DNA of 64,000 bases from Amoebophrya sp. A120 (taxonomy: Eukaryota; Protista; Dinoflagellata): positions 6,364,828 to 6,428,827 of the forward strand of contig CAJINV010000004.1 of the NCBI GenBank assembly GCA_905178155.1, read 5' to 3'. Of the stretch, positions 23,939-35,099 are shown piece by piece. Every line of letters starts with the position of its first letter. Within the stretch, counting starts at the first letter, position 1. The notes below the pieces were generated by a model, which worked only from the letters and a program-made list of their open reading frames with translations, had not been told where the DNA came from and made no database searches. A program made the translations under genes and the position numbers.

Positions 23939-26900
23939 TCACTTGCGCACCGCAGATGGATTCAGTCCGAGTTTCTTTGCAACGCGAGGAAATGCGAAGA
24001 AATTGACTTCGCCCGTGTTCAACTGGTTTGCGAGTTTCGGTGCGTACTTCAGAATGTCGTTGCTAGTGAAGTATTCTTCTTGCAGACTGTTATGTAGCTG
24101 AGTAGGCTGCTTAATTTTCTCGCGAGCATCGCGGGGTAGCGCCCACACCCGCTCAAGCTGTTGTAGCGTGGTGATTGCTCTGGCGTGTTGTACTTCTTTT
24201 TCGACGAAGCTGTCCACGATTTTGTGGAGCTGCAACGGTTCGATGGGAGCATATCTCTGATCGAGCATGTCCGCATTTCTCCAGCCACCCTGGAGATATG
24301 CTATTTTCCCGATAGCATCATGCTGTCGATAGAAAGTGGCGCCGCCGTGACGCAGCGACACTGAACCTTCGAAATTAGCTTTCCGGTGATTCACGAAGGC
24401 GCTTTTCGTGTCCAGTCGCACGCGGTCCTTCCCAAGCCTCTCGCCGCGGGTCGGGATTCTGTTCAAGCCGATGGTCACGAAGAACGGATGACTTTCGGCG
24501 TACGCGGTCGATTTGTGATGCAGAATGAGCGCCGTACTGAATTTCGTCCACTTCTGTATGAGCGACGCCATGCTCTTCGGCACGACGCAAAAACTACCCC
24601 GACCGTACTTGTCGTTTTTTGCGAACCTGAACAAAATGATAGTGGTATTGTGAATTTCAGTGCGCAGTACGATGAGGATGCGTTATGAATTTTTGCATGA
24701 TAAATGACAAAGTTGCACCTGATGTGGAAGGTTGGTATCCCGTCTTTCATAGAGAAGTCGTTCCGGTTGAACTGGCGGAGTTCGTCGTTTCTTCTCACGC
24801 CGAAATAACCGACGCAAATGATGACGGCTACTTGCAACTTGATCGCCGCTGCAAGAAAGTTGCGTTTGTCAAAATGCTGATGACAGATCCACTTGGGGTT
24901 GTCCCAATTGTCGACTTCCCCCGCGAATGCAGCGTCGAACTCCTTCTGCAGGTTTCTGATGATTACTGAAATCTCGAAGAAATCCGGGATCACCTTCTTT
25001 GCTGCGACAGCGTGATAAGCGTTCAGCTTCAATCCCCGCCATGCGCGATAGAAAAATTTTGATTTGTCAGAACAACTGTACGACGACAAGTGCGGGCGGC
25101 TACTGTTGAAAATGTTTATCGCTGCGGATAACGTGAGGCACGCGCCCCATCGCACTTTGCCGTCCGTTTCTTTGATGGCCGGGCTGTTTTCTTCTTTCTT
25201 CATGATTTTGGTGAAAGCGCAGAAGAAGGTGATGCACTCCATCTCGTTCTGCACCGGCCACAACACGCGACCAACGAAGTCGCAAATTAGTGGTACGTAG
25301 CGGCTCAGCGCCTGCTGATATGATTTCGCGGTTGACGCTGCGATTGACGAGTTGTTCACCATGACCAACTCTTCTGCTAGCTCATCGCGCACCTTGTTGT
25401 CCACTGGTAGCGAGTCGAAGAAGTCGGAGGCAGCGGGAAATAGTACCAAATCTAGGGATGATGAATCACCTGAGTATTTGTCCCATTTGTCTGCCTTTCG
25501 GTGAAGTTTAATTTGGTTGGCGGTCGACAGGGATGAATTCCCGAGAATTTCCTGCACCGTTTTTTGAATGTCGTCTGTGTCGGAGTTCTCCGCGGACGAA
25601 TGAAATTCCGATCCGACGGCACTGTCAGAAGTGAAGCCGTCGTCGCTTCCATCGCTGTGGTCGCTGAGAGCGATGACACCACGACTGACGTACTCGTCCA
25701 CGTCGACGAGATCGTCGCCATCATCGTGAGCCTCCTCGTCATGCGCTGCGTCGCGGCGGTAGTGCATGATTTCAATTTGCGAGCGGACCGCTTGCCTTTC
25801 TTCGAGTTGCTTCTTGTTCAGCTCGACGAGAGCGGAGTCAAGAGCGGCCTCCAGAATCTCGTCGTCGGACGTTCGTGCAAACGAAGATGAAGAGGACTGC
25901 GCGCCTGCTTCGCGCTTGGACTTCTTTGCGGCTGGTGAGGCAGCAGCGGCTTTCTTCCTAGCATCTGCTTTGCCCTTCAGGTAGGCTTCCCTCGCGACCG
26001 CCTCGACGTCTACGAACGGTTGTTGTTGCTTTGGCTCCTCTGCCGCACTGCTTTGGTTCAAGAAATCGAACATGTCACTCTGAACCGGCTGCTTCGCGGT
26101 TTGTGAAGCGACAGCAGCGGCCAGCTTTGCGTCTGAGCGCTGCGCCGCTGGTAGATCCTGACGGAGTCGATCCTTCAACTCCGGCCTGCGGAAGAACATG
26201 CTAGGATCGAACATCTCTCTTCGATCGTTTTGATGATGGTTCGGACTGCTCGCTGTTAGTTTCGCGAATTCGTCGCTGTTCAGCCAGGTTGCATACAGCC
26301 CGGTGGACCACTTGTAGCTGATCGGCCTGAGAGAGGGTGGGGAGTCCGTTGCACTGGTTGTTTCCCCCGGTGGTGCCCAGTACGATGGTGGCGGGATTGC
26401 CGAGGACGGGGTCTCTTGGTCCCAGCAGCTGTGGCGCAGCACCAGCAGTGCTGCTGCTAGCTGAGCTTGACGAAGCACCCGCACTTTGTCTTGCGCTGCG
26501 TGAAGATGATGAAGCAGCTGACGATGACGCAGAATTTAATGATGATGAGTTTGTGATTATGAGGTCGTGTGTGAAGTGTAGTTGATTCACTTCCTGCAAC
26601 GAATTCGCAGTCGATTCCACGAGTGCGATGTTGGCGGCCTGTCGCAGCGGGGCTGCAGCTTCCGCTGCCGCGTGCGCACGCCGCTGCTCTTCTTCCGCCC
26701 GCTGTAACACGCGAGCTTCGAAGGCCTCTGCGTCGCGGCGAATCCGATCGAGATCTGGCCCTACAACGACACTGGGCGAAAAGCTGGAAGTTGTTTTTGC
26801 GAGCTGGATACTTTCTGCTCGCGCTCGGTGTTGTAGTCGCGATTATTCCTGACGAGGTACTCGCGATAAACACCGTTGCGGAGATACCACCTCTCGACTC

Positions 26901-27248
26901 TGAGTGTGCCCCGGAGTGCGTTGAGCTTGGCGATGCTCCGCACTTCGTATCGCGATGTCGAAGGAGTTTCACCCGTGCCGCCGCTGGCGTCGTACGTGCC
27001 GGCTACCAAGGATTTGGCTACTTGGAAGCTGCCGCAGCTGACTAATTTTTGTTGTCCGGGCAGCACTCTGTCCACACTGTGACGCCGCGCTCAGCGGCAG
27101 ACGAGCCGGTGTCTGGCTGTATTGTGACACTAGCAACGGTGGCTTCTCTGCATGGGGTATAATTGAAAACAGCCTTCACGAAATCGTAAGTTTTGCTTGA
27201 TAGCTTATGCTTTCTTTCGCTCAAGAATTGCTCCACATTCTCGCTCAT
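23939..27248 (-). CDS. Tyrosine recombinase with a long N-terminal extension, multi-exon
   Basis: Motifs STAKSYQ, GYFGVRRNDEL (R), HIR|FAKND (K), VSLRHGGAT (R) and GGWRNADMLDQRY (W, Y). GT-AG intron 24627-24718. Exons upstream of 26484 (ORFs 26201, 26761, 27042) are unresolved, so the start is tentative. Confidence 0.85.
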
Positions 27249-27796
27249 TTTGCATTTTGCTATGGCAAGAATAGGAGCGGAAACACGACGACCAGTGCGT
27301 ACGAGACACGTTTGTACGAATGAAAAAGAAACATGACAACGAATGAAAATGAAAACATGAAGACGGCAGAACATCCGGATGAAATGACGGCACGACGCGT
27401 TCAAGAAACTGACAAAAGTTTCAAGGCGCGAAGGTACTAAAGTGATGCTTTCCGAGGCGTTTTAAAATGGGACGCACTGTGCATTTCTTTCTTCAAAGAC
27501 AGTGTTAAAGTAAATTGCTATTTTTGTCGACTAAGAAACTGCTCATGCATTTCATCGTCGACCGTGCGACGTGAAATCGAGACGCAGCTTGCAGCTGCGA
27601 AACACGTGTTCACTCAAATCTGTGATGCTGTACAGCTGGGTAAAATGAAGGCGAGGCTTGTTATTGAGCTGTTGTAAATTTTTTCTGTAATCTCTGATAA
27701 TAATCCCTTGACTTTAGTGCAAGTTTTTTGATTCAGATGATGAAGCCAAATGAAGCTTATTGTCTGAAAATGTCATAAGATTTCGTGTAAATTTGT

Positions 27797-30284
27797 TTAC
27801 GTGCGGGGCCGCTTGTTGGTGCGGTAGTTTGAGTCTTTGAACTCACACTGCTCGCGCCAGTGGTATTGTCCTGAACGACCACGCTCCTTACAAATTTCAC
27901 ACTCCACAACACGTTCATTCTTCGCGGCGATACAGTGACTGTAACCACTTTGATGCGTAGCGTATCCTCTGCCAGCTAAAAAACAGCTCTTACACTTGTT
28001 CGCTCCCCCCGCAAGCCATTTGCTGGTCGCTTTTTCGTCTTTGTTGTAGCACTGCTGCAGCGCTGCTTGCGCAGCCTGGGCATCTTGTTTTAAGATTGCC
28101 GTGGTGAGGATCGAATCGATTTCCTTGTTCGTGTGGCGGTCCACACCGACGTACGACGGAGCCTGTGCGGCGCCACCTTGGTGGCCACCCTTTCCGCCCT
28201 GGTGCGTGTTCGCGATGCCGCCACCGCCGCCTCCACCCTTGTTCTTGCTACCTGAGGGCGGTTGCAATGACAAGACTTTGCGGCGCAAGGCGAGATGTAT
28301 CAGAATGAAGAGCGTGTTTTGCATGACAAACATGACGGCGCGTTTCGCCTGAAAATATGAATTTGTGACGCAAGCAAGAATGAAAGTGATTCGAAGGTGG
28401 TTGATAGTGATACCCTTGTTGGTCTTTTCGCCATGCGAAGACGCGCCGCCGCTGCCGGAATTGGCGGTCTTGTTGGGTTTGTCGTTCTTGTTTTCGTGGA
28501 ACACCATGGATTTTAACTGCCTGGCTGTGGCGATATTGCTCGCCGCGCACATGAGATAGCGCGGGGCAAACTCTAAATTCCAGAGCGCACGCTTGGCCGG
28601 AGTTATGGTGCCCCTGAATTTCACCTCCTTACAAAAACTCCTGTATTGTGAGGCGAAATGAATTTGAGTGAAGAACTTTTATGCGAAATGAAATGAAATG
28701 AGAATCATGAGTACGCATTACAAATTGCATAACTTATCAACCAGAAAACTACCTGATTGTCGAGTAGCAGGCGAAGCTGATGTTTGCCGGTAAGGTGATC
28801 ATGGTGGTCTTCCCGTGGAGTTTTTCGGATTTGGGTGCAGCCATATTATGGCACTCTAATAAGTACTCAATGGCAAATTTAAATTTTGCCGCGAGCAAAC
28901 TGCACGCTTCGTCCTCCCCGTAGCACAAAATGACTTTGTCCAGGTAGTCCTTGCAGGTCTGCAGCGAGCCACCGTTGGTCGGCAAAATCAGACTCTACAA
29001 CAATTTTTGCATGAAGATTTTCATGTTGAATTCCCGATGAAATTTGACATGCACCTCGAAAAAATTGATAGCAGACATCCTGACGATTACCGAAATGGAG
29101 GTAAGCAAATGCTGTACCTTCCATTTGTAATGGGTATTCGCTTTCCGTTGCAAGTCCGAGATCGCGATGCGGGTCGACGCGGACACCGTACCCGACGCTT
29201 CGACCTGCGCCGCCGCGAGCACCGTCTGTGGGTCCATCCGGGTGGTGTGATCGGTGTTTTCAAAATTCGGCCGCTTCAAAACCTGAAACAAGGGTTGAAA
29301 ACGACGAATGGATAAATGAGGTGAGTTTGTGATGTGTGTGAACATGCATCAGTGATGAAAGTGAAAATGAAGGGCACAGCTTTACCTTCAATCCCGCCAC
29401 TAGTTCTTTGGGGTCGAGCGCGGACAGTTTGGCGCACCACTTCACTTCGGACACGATCAACGGGATCACGCTTGCATCACCGCTGCTTTCCGCCAAATTC
29501 TTTTTGACTACCCCCGCGAGGTCCTGGGCGTCCTGAACGTTACACACCGCGCAAATGTTCTGGGTCTCGTCGAGGCTGTGGTGAAGTTTTACACGTGTTT
29601 GAAACTTGTGATGCGTATTTCCGTGGTGCAAAAATGAAAAGCACTGTCATGGTGTGGGGTGAAAATGACATGATTTTAATCGGAGTACATGTTGAATTTT
29701 GACATCCAGGACGAAAAGGCTCCCACTCCGCTTTTCTTCACGCAGTCGTAGCAGGCCGCCGCGGTGCACCCTTGGCGCCGCAGGCAGCAGAACTGAATGC
29801 CCTTCTCCGGTTTTTCGGTCCGGCAAAAAGCGCATGGGTAGTCGGCCAACCGCGTGTTGGCTGCGGCGGGACCCCCTACTGCGGCTGCCATCTTGTCTAC
29901 TTCCGGGTAATCGATACCAAGCAGATCGAAGAACTCTTTACAAATGCGTTGGTGATTGTGCAGCTCTAAAACGAAATGGATGTGGTGTAAGATGATTTCG
30001 AGTTTGTCTTCCAGATAGTGCAACAACCAAATACTGATGTGGTCACGCGAGAACTGGCCGATCGGATTGATCAGCAGGTCGATGAATGGATTGCGGTCCG
30101 AGTGCTGGTGGAAGAAAGCAAGCGACTCAGGCGTGATATAGCGACTGTGGTACGGATTATTGGTTTCTTGAACATCAGTGCTCACCCACACAATTTCTTC
30201 TACTTCTTCTTCTCCAATGCTGTTTATTGTAGAATCCGTATCGCTAACCACAGTGACATCAAAGTTTTTCTTAACCCAAGACAT
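27797..30284 (-). CDS. Gag-like protein, ~624 aa: N-terminal RING/PHD-like Cys cluster and two C-terminal CxxC..H..C fingers; 6 exons
   Basis: GT-AG introns 29576-29688, 29283-29385, 28995-29117, 28641-28752 and 28252-28413 give one 1875-nt ORF. Cys motifs CAFC..CC..C..CYDC..CAVC, CKSC-x8-H-x6-C and CEIC-x9-H-x4-C. Confidence 0.75.
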
Positions 30285-30444
30285 GTTGAAGCACAACTTC
30301 AGATAATTGGTCGCTGTTAGAATCGAATTTTTTTCGTACTGAAATGATTGCTTTTTCCTTTTCAAAACTGCTCCTTCGAATTGAAATGAGTACGGAGCTG
30401 AAGTGTTCTAATGGTGAATGGAGAGTGACAACCGTCTAGCAGTT

Positions 30445-31136
30445 TCAGTTCAACGCCACGCGTGGCGCAGTCGCGATCACTGCTTGCGTCTGCGGCATTC
30501 CGTCGATTGTGTGGCCGATCAAGGTGGTCCACCCTGTCGGCAGTCCCAGACCGATGGCCGTGACATCGGTCATGCTCCGCACGAAGAACTTGAAACTCGC
30601 GCACGGGGGCATGAGGATCACGTTGAACTCCATCAACATGTGCCGCATCCGCAAATTCGCCGGGGCTCCTTGCAGCGTGTGTTGGATGAACCCATCCAAC
30701 TGCTCGCTCATGAGATTGAACGCTTCGATGCGGATGTGCGGCTCCACGCGGGAGCGCACGAACTGCTCGCAGACGTCCCCGATATTCACCAACGTGGCCG
30801 CTCCGAACACTAAAGCGCTGCACACCTGGCGTGAGTTGGTGTTTGGTACATGCTTGAAGTGTTGAGCTGTGTGAATATTTGACCATGCATGAATCTTTTT
30901 TGAAAATGATAAGAAAACGAGACCTTGAAATCCATCTGATTGGTAATTCCCGACAAAGTTTTGATTTTTTGCAGCAGCAGCAACTCGCTCGAAGTGCACT
31001 TCGTATCATACTCCAAAACTGCATAGCGCAAACCCGCGGGTAACTCGGGCATGATGACCTCGTTTTCCTTCGGGCAGCGCGGGCAGCGTGCGGGGGCCGT
31101 TGTAACGCCACGCACAGCCACCGAGTTTTCAGTCAT
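30445..31136 (-). CDS. Retroelement accessory gene (hypothetical, N-terminal CxxC), probably 2 exons
   Basis: Exon MTENSV..CPRC plus exon VCSALVFG..RVALN after a cag acceptor; donor site unresolved. Confidence 0.45.
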
Positions 31137-31138
31137 TT

Positions 31139-31513
31139 TTACTTGTGTTCGCCTTCGAAAATTTTCTTGTGATCTTTGCACGAAGACGCGGAAGCTGAGC
31201 TAGAAGAAGAAGAGGGTGCCTGCTTGTCGCGCAATTTTTTGATCTTGTTCAACTCTTTGACATGATTCAACCAGCAGGGCAGTGTGCTCACACACTCCTT
31301 CCTCGGGTACGCGGACAAAAAGCAGTTCTTGCACGGAGTCTCGTGCTTTTTGAAGAACTCTTCGCGCGCTTTTTTCTTCTCCAGCGTGTCTTTGTCGGAC
31401 GCATTGATAGCATTAAGAAGGAGAGAAGCTCTGTTGTCGACATCGGAAATGTGACACAGGCGGCCCAGCATGTTGGCCATTTCTTTATCAACTTTCTCGC
31501 TTTGTTGTGACAT
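31139..31513 (-). CDS. Retroelement accessory gene, 124 aa, putative Zn-binding (CKNC..C..C..H)
   Basis: ATG-initiated ORF with PCKNCFLSAYPRKECVSTLPCWLNH, which resembles the Gag-like CKSCFLAG finger. Confidence 0.55.
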   Translation of the reverse strand: MSQQSEKVDKEMANMLGRLCHISDVDNRASLLLNAINASDKDTLEKKKAREEFFKKHETPCKNCFLSAYPRKECVSTLPCWLNHVKELNKIKKLRDKQAPSSSSSSASASSCKDHKKIFEGEHK

Positions 31514-31690
31514 TTTGATCTGAAACTGCAGGTGAAAGTGAGTAGGTAGTCTAAAGAATTGCTAAGCTGATAGGCGAGCAATAAATTTAGAACGCATAAT
31601 GATAGTGAAGTGAAAACCATGAAAGAAATGATAATTGTAGATTGAAGATCATGAGCACTTTGGCGCTAGCGAATGAAAGCACCCGACGCC

Positions 31691-32519
31691 TTAGTAGAAC
31701 AATTTTTCTTGTTCGGTGGTGTTCCGCGTGGTGACAGCTGTCACACCATCTTCGGTGATTTCTTCCGTCACGGTGTTGCGGTCACGCGAGAAAATTTTCT
31801 TCATGGTACGCGTGCGACCATCCGCCGACTTTTCGCCCGAGCACCTCACCAAGGACTGCTGGACCTTTTGAAGTGAATGTTTTTTAATCGCATGAAAATT
31901 CTTCTAGCGCAGTGGTGTCATGTTCGATCCACGGGTTCGTGTGCAACACAATTCCCAACAGACGACACTGATTATACACCTTGCGTTCGTACACTTCTCC
32001 GATGACTTTCGCCGTGTCTGCGATGACCTTCGCCGGCTGTAACAGCTTCGTGAACAGCTCGACGATCGAGCGCAGCTGCACGAAAATCTTTTTTGTGTTG
32101 CTCATTCCCCCTTGGGCGCGCCTGTTGCTCTCCGCTCCCTGCATGAGCGCGTAAAAAGCGAACCCGGTGAGCAGGGCCTCGCACCAGGTCAACTGGAACG
32201 TGAAGCGAAAGATGCAGGGGAAGGTGAAGATCCTGCGATTAATTTTTGAGATGAATCTGTGTGAAGTGACAATGAATGAAAACATGATCACTGTGAATGA
32301 CATGAAGTGAAGTCTGAAAGTATGATACCGATACGCCGAGGACGCGTAGAAAACGCAGATTCCCACATAGTGTTCGCGTTCCACGAAAACGCGCTTCACC
32401 CATCCAGAGAGCACCAGAATGGTGGCTAGCCCCACGAGAAATGGGGTGAGGATTTCGTCCTGCAGCATGAACAAGATCAACTTGTCCGCTGGGGCAAGGT
32501 CCGGCGTCGGTGGTGACAT
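31691..32519 (-). CDS. Retroelement accessory gene: small multi-pass membrane protein, 3 exons
   Basis: GT-AG introns 32233-32334 and 31865-31979 give a clean ORF. Hydrophobic segments ILTPFLVGLATILVLSGWV, YVGICVFYASSAIFTFPCIF and WCEALLTGFAFYALM. Confidence 0.6.
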
Positions 32520-32558
32520 TTTGATGTGAGACAATGAAATGAGAACAGGAAGTCGAAG

Positions 32559-32861
32559 CTAATTTTTCTTTTGCTTCTTCGGCGCGGGCTCGGTCTCCAC
32601 CTCGTCTTTTGGAATAGCCAGCTGTTGATGTTCGTCGCTGAAAATCAGAAAGCCGCTCGGCATGGGTCTAACTTTCTTTCCCAGAACTGTTATGTCATTG
32701 CTGTGCGTTCCAAAATACAAAGGATAAGCGGAGACAAACGGCTCAGTGGTGCCGTCCCATTTCGTTAGAGTGAAATGCGTTTGGCCCGGGCCAAATTGAA
32801 AATATACCGCCCGCAAGTCAGCAGGCATTTTGTTAGTTGACGAAGCTACAGGTGAATTCAT
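32559..32861 (-). CDS. Retroelement accessory gene, 100 aa, with C-terminal NLS-like PAPKKQKK
   Basis: ATG-initiated ORF of normal complexity; first gene after repeat A1. Confidence 0.55.
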   Translation of the reverse strand: MNSPVASSTNKMPADLRAVYFQFGPGQTHFTLTKWDGTTEPFVSAYPLYFGTHSNDITVLGKKVRPMPSGFLIFSDEHQQLAIPKDEVETEPAPKKQKKN

Positions 32862-33112
32862 TGAGGTTGAATTCGTAAGCTTGATCGCAGCATGTAACCG
32901 TACTCAAAGATCAGATTCCAGGTTCTTGAGTGCTCCTGATTGACGCTGCTCCCACTCTCTGTCTCAGTACTCCAGAACAACAACGAAAAACTGTTTCTAT
33001 CCATCCTGATCAGCGGTCAGCGTTCTAAACAGCATCTTTTTATCTGTGTTCAAGTTCAAGCGTTCACGATTACGAAAATGAGATGTTGAGTGACATCGGT
33101 ACAGACGAGCAA

Positions 33113-33348
33113 GAAAGGAAAAACAGATCGTTCTCCGTCCGCTAGGTCTGAGAATGAGGTGAATGGAGTGAGAGTGAAGTGATGGAATGAAGCGGATCAC
33201 GTTTCGTTTCGCGTGGATGCGTGTCCATACCCCACGGAATGCAAACGAGCTGCCACGAGCGGCTTTACAGCCAATAACCTACTTCCGACTTCGCTCACAC
33301 AAATTGGATTCCAGACGTACTACTTCGTACTACTAAGGATCCATAATC
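33113..33348 (-). repeat. Split direct repeat A1 (5' terminus of the element)
   Basis: Near-identical to 20010-20245. Confidence 0.95.
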
Positions 33349-33478
33349 GCATCGGGCCGAAATCGAGCCAACTGCGAAGAAAATAAACATCATCAGGTCG
33401 ACATCACAGCGACACAAAGTAGAAGCAATCCATTTTTCTACCTTCAGAACGCAACATGGCAACGAAGGTACATCCCCT

Positions 33479-34885
33479 TTAAGGCATCGCCAACGCTGAG
33501 CTAGTGCGGAATGTTACTAGGCACTGATACGTGTTCCAAAACAGCCCGACTCCGGCGTCCCAAGTGGCGCGAAAATGCGGGGAAAACAGACGCTGAATGA
33601 GCGTGAAGTTTAAAAAATCCGAGATCGGCCAGACCCACCAGCTGGTAAGGTAGATCTCCCAAAAATTCTCCCGAAAACGGAACTGGGACAGCCAAAAAAC
33701 TGTGCGAACCGCCTCTGCGAAAGAAATCTGGTGTCCTTGTGCTGCAAGGTGTGAATCAACAGAAGCATCGACTGCGGTCTTGTGAATTGTACTCCGACTG
33801 CTCTTACCGCCTTCGAGGTTCTGCGCTGCGGCAAGCGCTGCACAAACAGAAACAGTGACTACAACCTCCTCTCCGGCTGAGGCCCTCGAGCGTACTAGCG
33901 CAGCCTCGTCGTCGTCACCTTCTGCTAAAGATCTGGACGTCGTTTCGCCCGACATCGATGGCCTTGCGCGACAGACTGGGGTCGCGGCACCAAACAGTTT
34001 CGCCAAGTCAGCCTCTAGCCGTGAAAGCTCGCGGGCGTTCATGAAGGTGGCTACTTGCGGTTGCAGTTGCAGACCCACATGATCGTACGGGTCGTCGTCC
34101 ACTGGGGCGCCGCGCGGAATGTGGCCACTGGTTCTCTTGCCATCAACATCCTCCTCGCCGTCCTCTTGGTCCACACCTCGTTCTTCAACCCCAAAGCCAG
34201 AAGTTGCATGAACTTTCTGTAAACACGCCGGCGTTCTTGCCGCGGGCGTGACAGCGTTTCGCAGTGCCGCGCGTCCAGCCGAGCTTGTGGGAAAAAGCGC
34301 GAGGTATTTGGGCCACAAAAACCTCTCCCAGATCACCTCCCAGGTGAGGTGCGCGGTCGTGCTACAGGTCACGAACAGCCAAATGCTCAAAGGAGTCCAC
34401 GCGAGCTGCATAAACAAAACCTTCTTTCCCAGAACACGAAAGTCCACGGATTTTGCACTTGATCTTACACGACGGCTGCTGGTGCTGCTCCCGGCCGCCG
34501 CGTCCGTCGCTGAAGTAGATGCCGCAGGCGGTGCCGTGACGTGTTTATTTGTGTTCATCCCATGTAGAAGTTGTTCTTGAGGCGTATTGCGTGCAACAGC
34601 CGTCGCGCCCATCGTGCGACGGTCTTGCAGGCCACTTGTGACGTCGAATAGGCGATCGGCTAGTCGGTAGGCCTGCACGAGACATCCCGTGCAAACAGGC
34701 GCGGCGCTCATCACGCCAAGGGTGCGGCACGGGTTCCAAGGCTTGTCGTGCATGAACAGGTGCTCGAGACGGTTGGCCGCGACGTCCGTAACACCGTATA
34801 ACCCCACACCCAAGAGCAGCGGCGCACCATTTGGGTGGTTCTCGTAGAAAGACGCGACGCGCGCACGAAAAGCAGACAGCCGCAT
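33479..34885 (-). CDS. Mpv17/PMP22 family membrane protein
   Basis: Motifs GLYGVTDVAAN, WNPCRT, KKVLFMQLAWTP, FWEIYLTSWWVWPISDFLNF and VGLFWNTY. Confidence 0.85.
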   Translation of the reverse strand: MRLSAFRARVASFYENHPNGAPLLLGVGLYGVTDVAANRLEHLFMHDKPWNPCRTLGVMSAAPVCTGCLVQAYRLADRLFDVTSGLQDRRTMGATAVARNTPQEQLLHGMNTNKHVTAPPAASTSATDAAAGSSTSSRRVRSSAKSVDFRVLGKKVLFMQLAWTPLSIWLFVTCSTTAHLTWEVIWERFLWPKYLALFPTSSAGRAALRNAVTPAARTPACLQKVHATSGFGVEERGVDQEDGEEDVDGKRTSGHIPRGAPVDDDPYDHVGLQLQPQVATFMNARELSRLEADLAKLFGAATPVCRARPSMSGETTSRSLAEGDDDEAALVRSRASAGEEVVVTVSVCAALAAAQNLEGGKSSRSTIHKTAVDASVDSHLAAQGHQISFAEAVRTVFWLSQFRFRENFWEIYLTSWWVWPISDFLNFTLIQRLFSPHFRATWDAGVGLFWNTYQCLVTFRTSSALAMP

Positions 34886-35099
34886 GTTGGGAGGTAGTAT
34901 TTAGTGCGGAGTAAGAACTTGACACGGGCAGGCAGTTTTTCATGTAAAAAAGCAAGGACGCCCCCGCCCATGCGTTTTGTATCAAAGACAACAACTATTG
35001 GAGTTGTAAGCTCCAGGGGAGCATAGCTACGATGAGGGCGATTCGGGTCAGTCGCTTTTGCCTTCGCCCTAATCATGCGGCCTGGGGAAGCACTGGAAA

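Larger units (their letters stand above)
19686..33348 (-). mobile_element. Full-length tyrosine-recombinase (DIRS-order; PAT/Ngaro/VIPER-like) retrotransposon with split direct repeats, 13.66 kb
   Basis: Repeats A1 (33113-33348) ... B1 (20246-20388) A2 (20010-20245) ... B2 (19686-19835) enclose Gag-like, YR and RT/RNaseH genes. Confidence 0.93.

Noticed and set aside
19849-33200. Twin ORFs starting MIRFIPSLHSHSIHL (19849..20097 and 32997..33200)
   Set aside because: A by-product of repeat A being present twice; the sequences diverge at the repeat edge.
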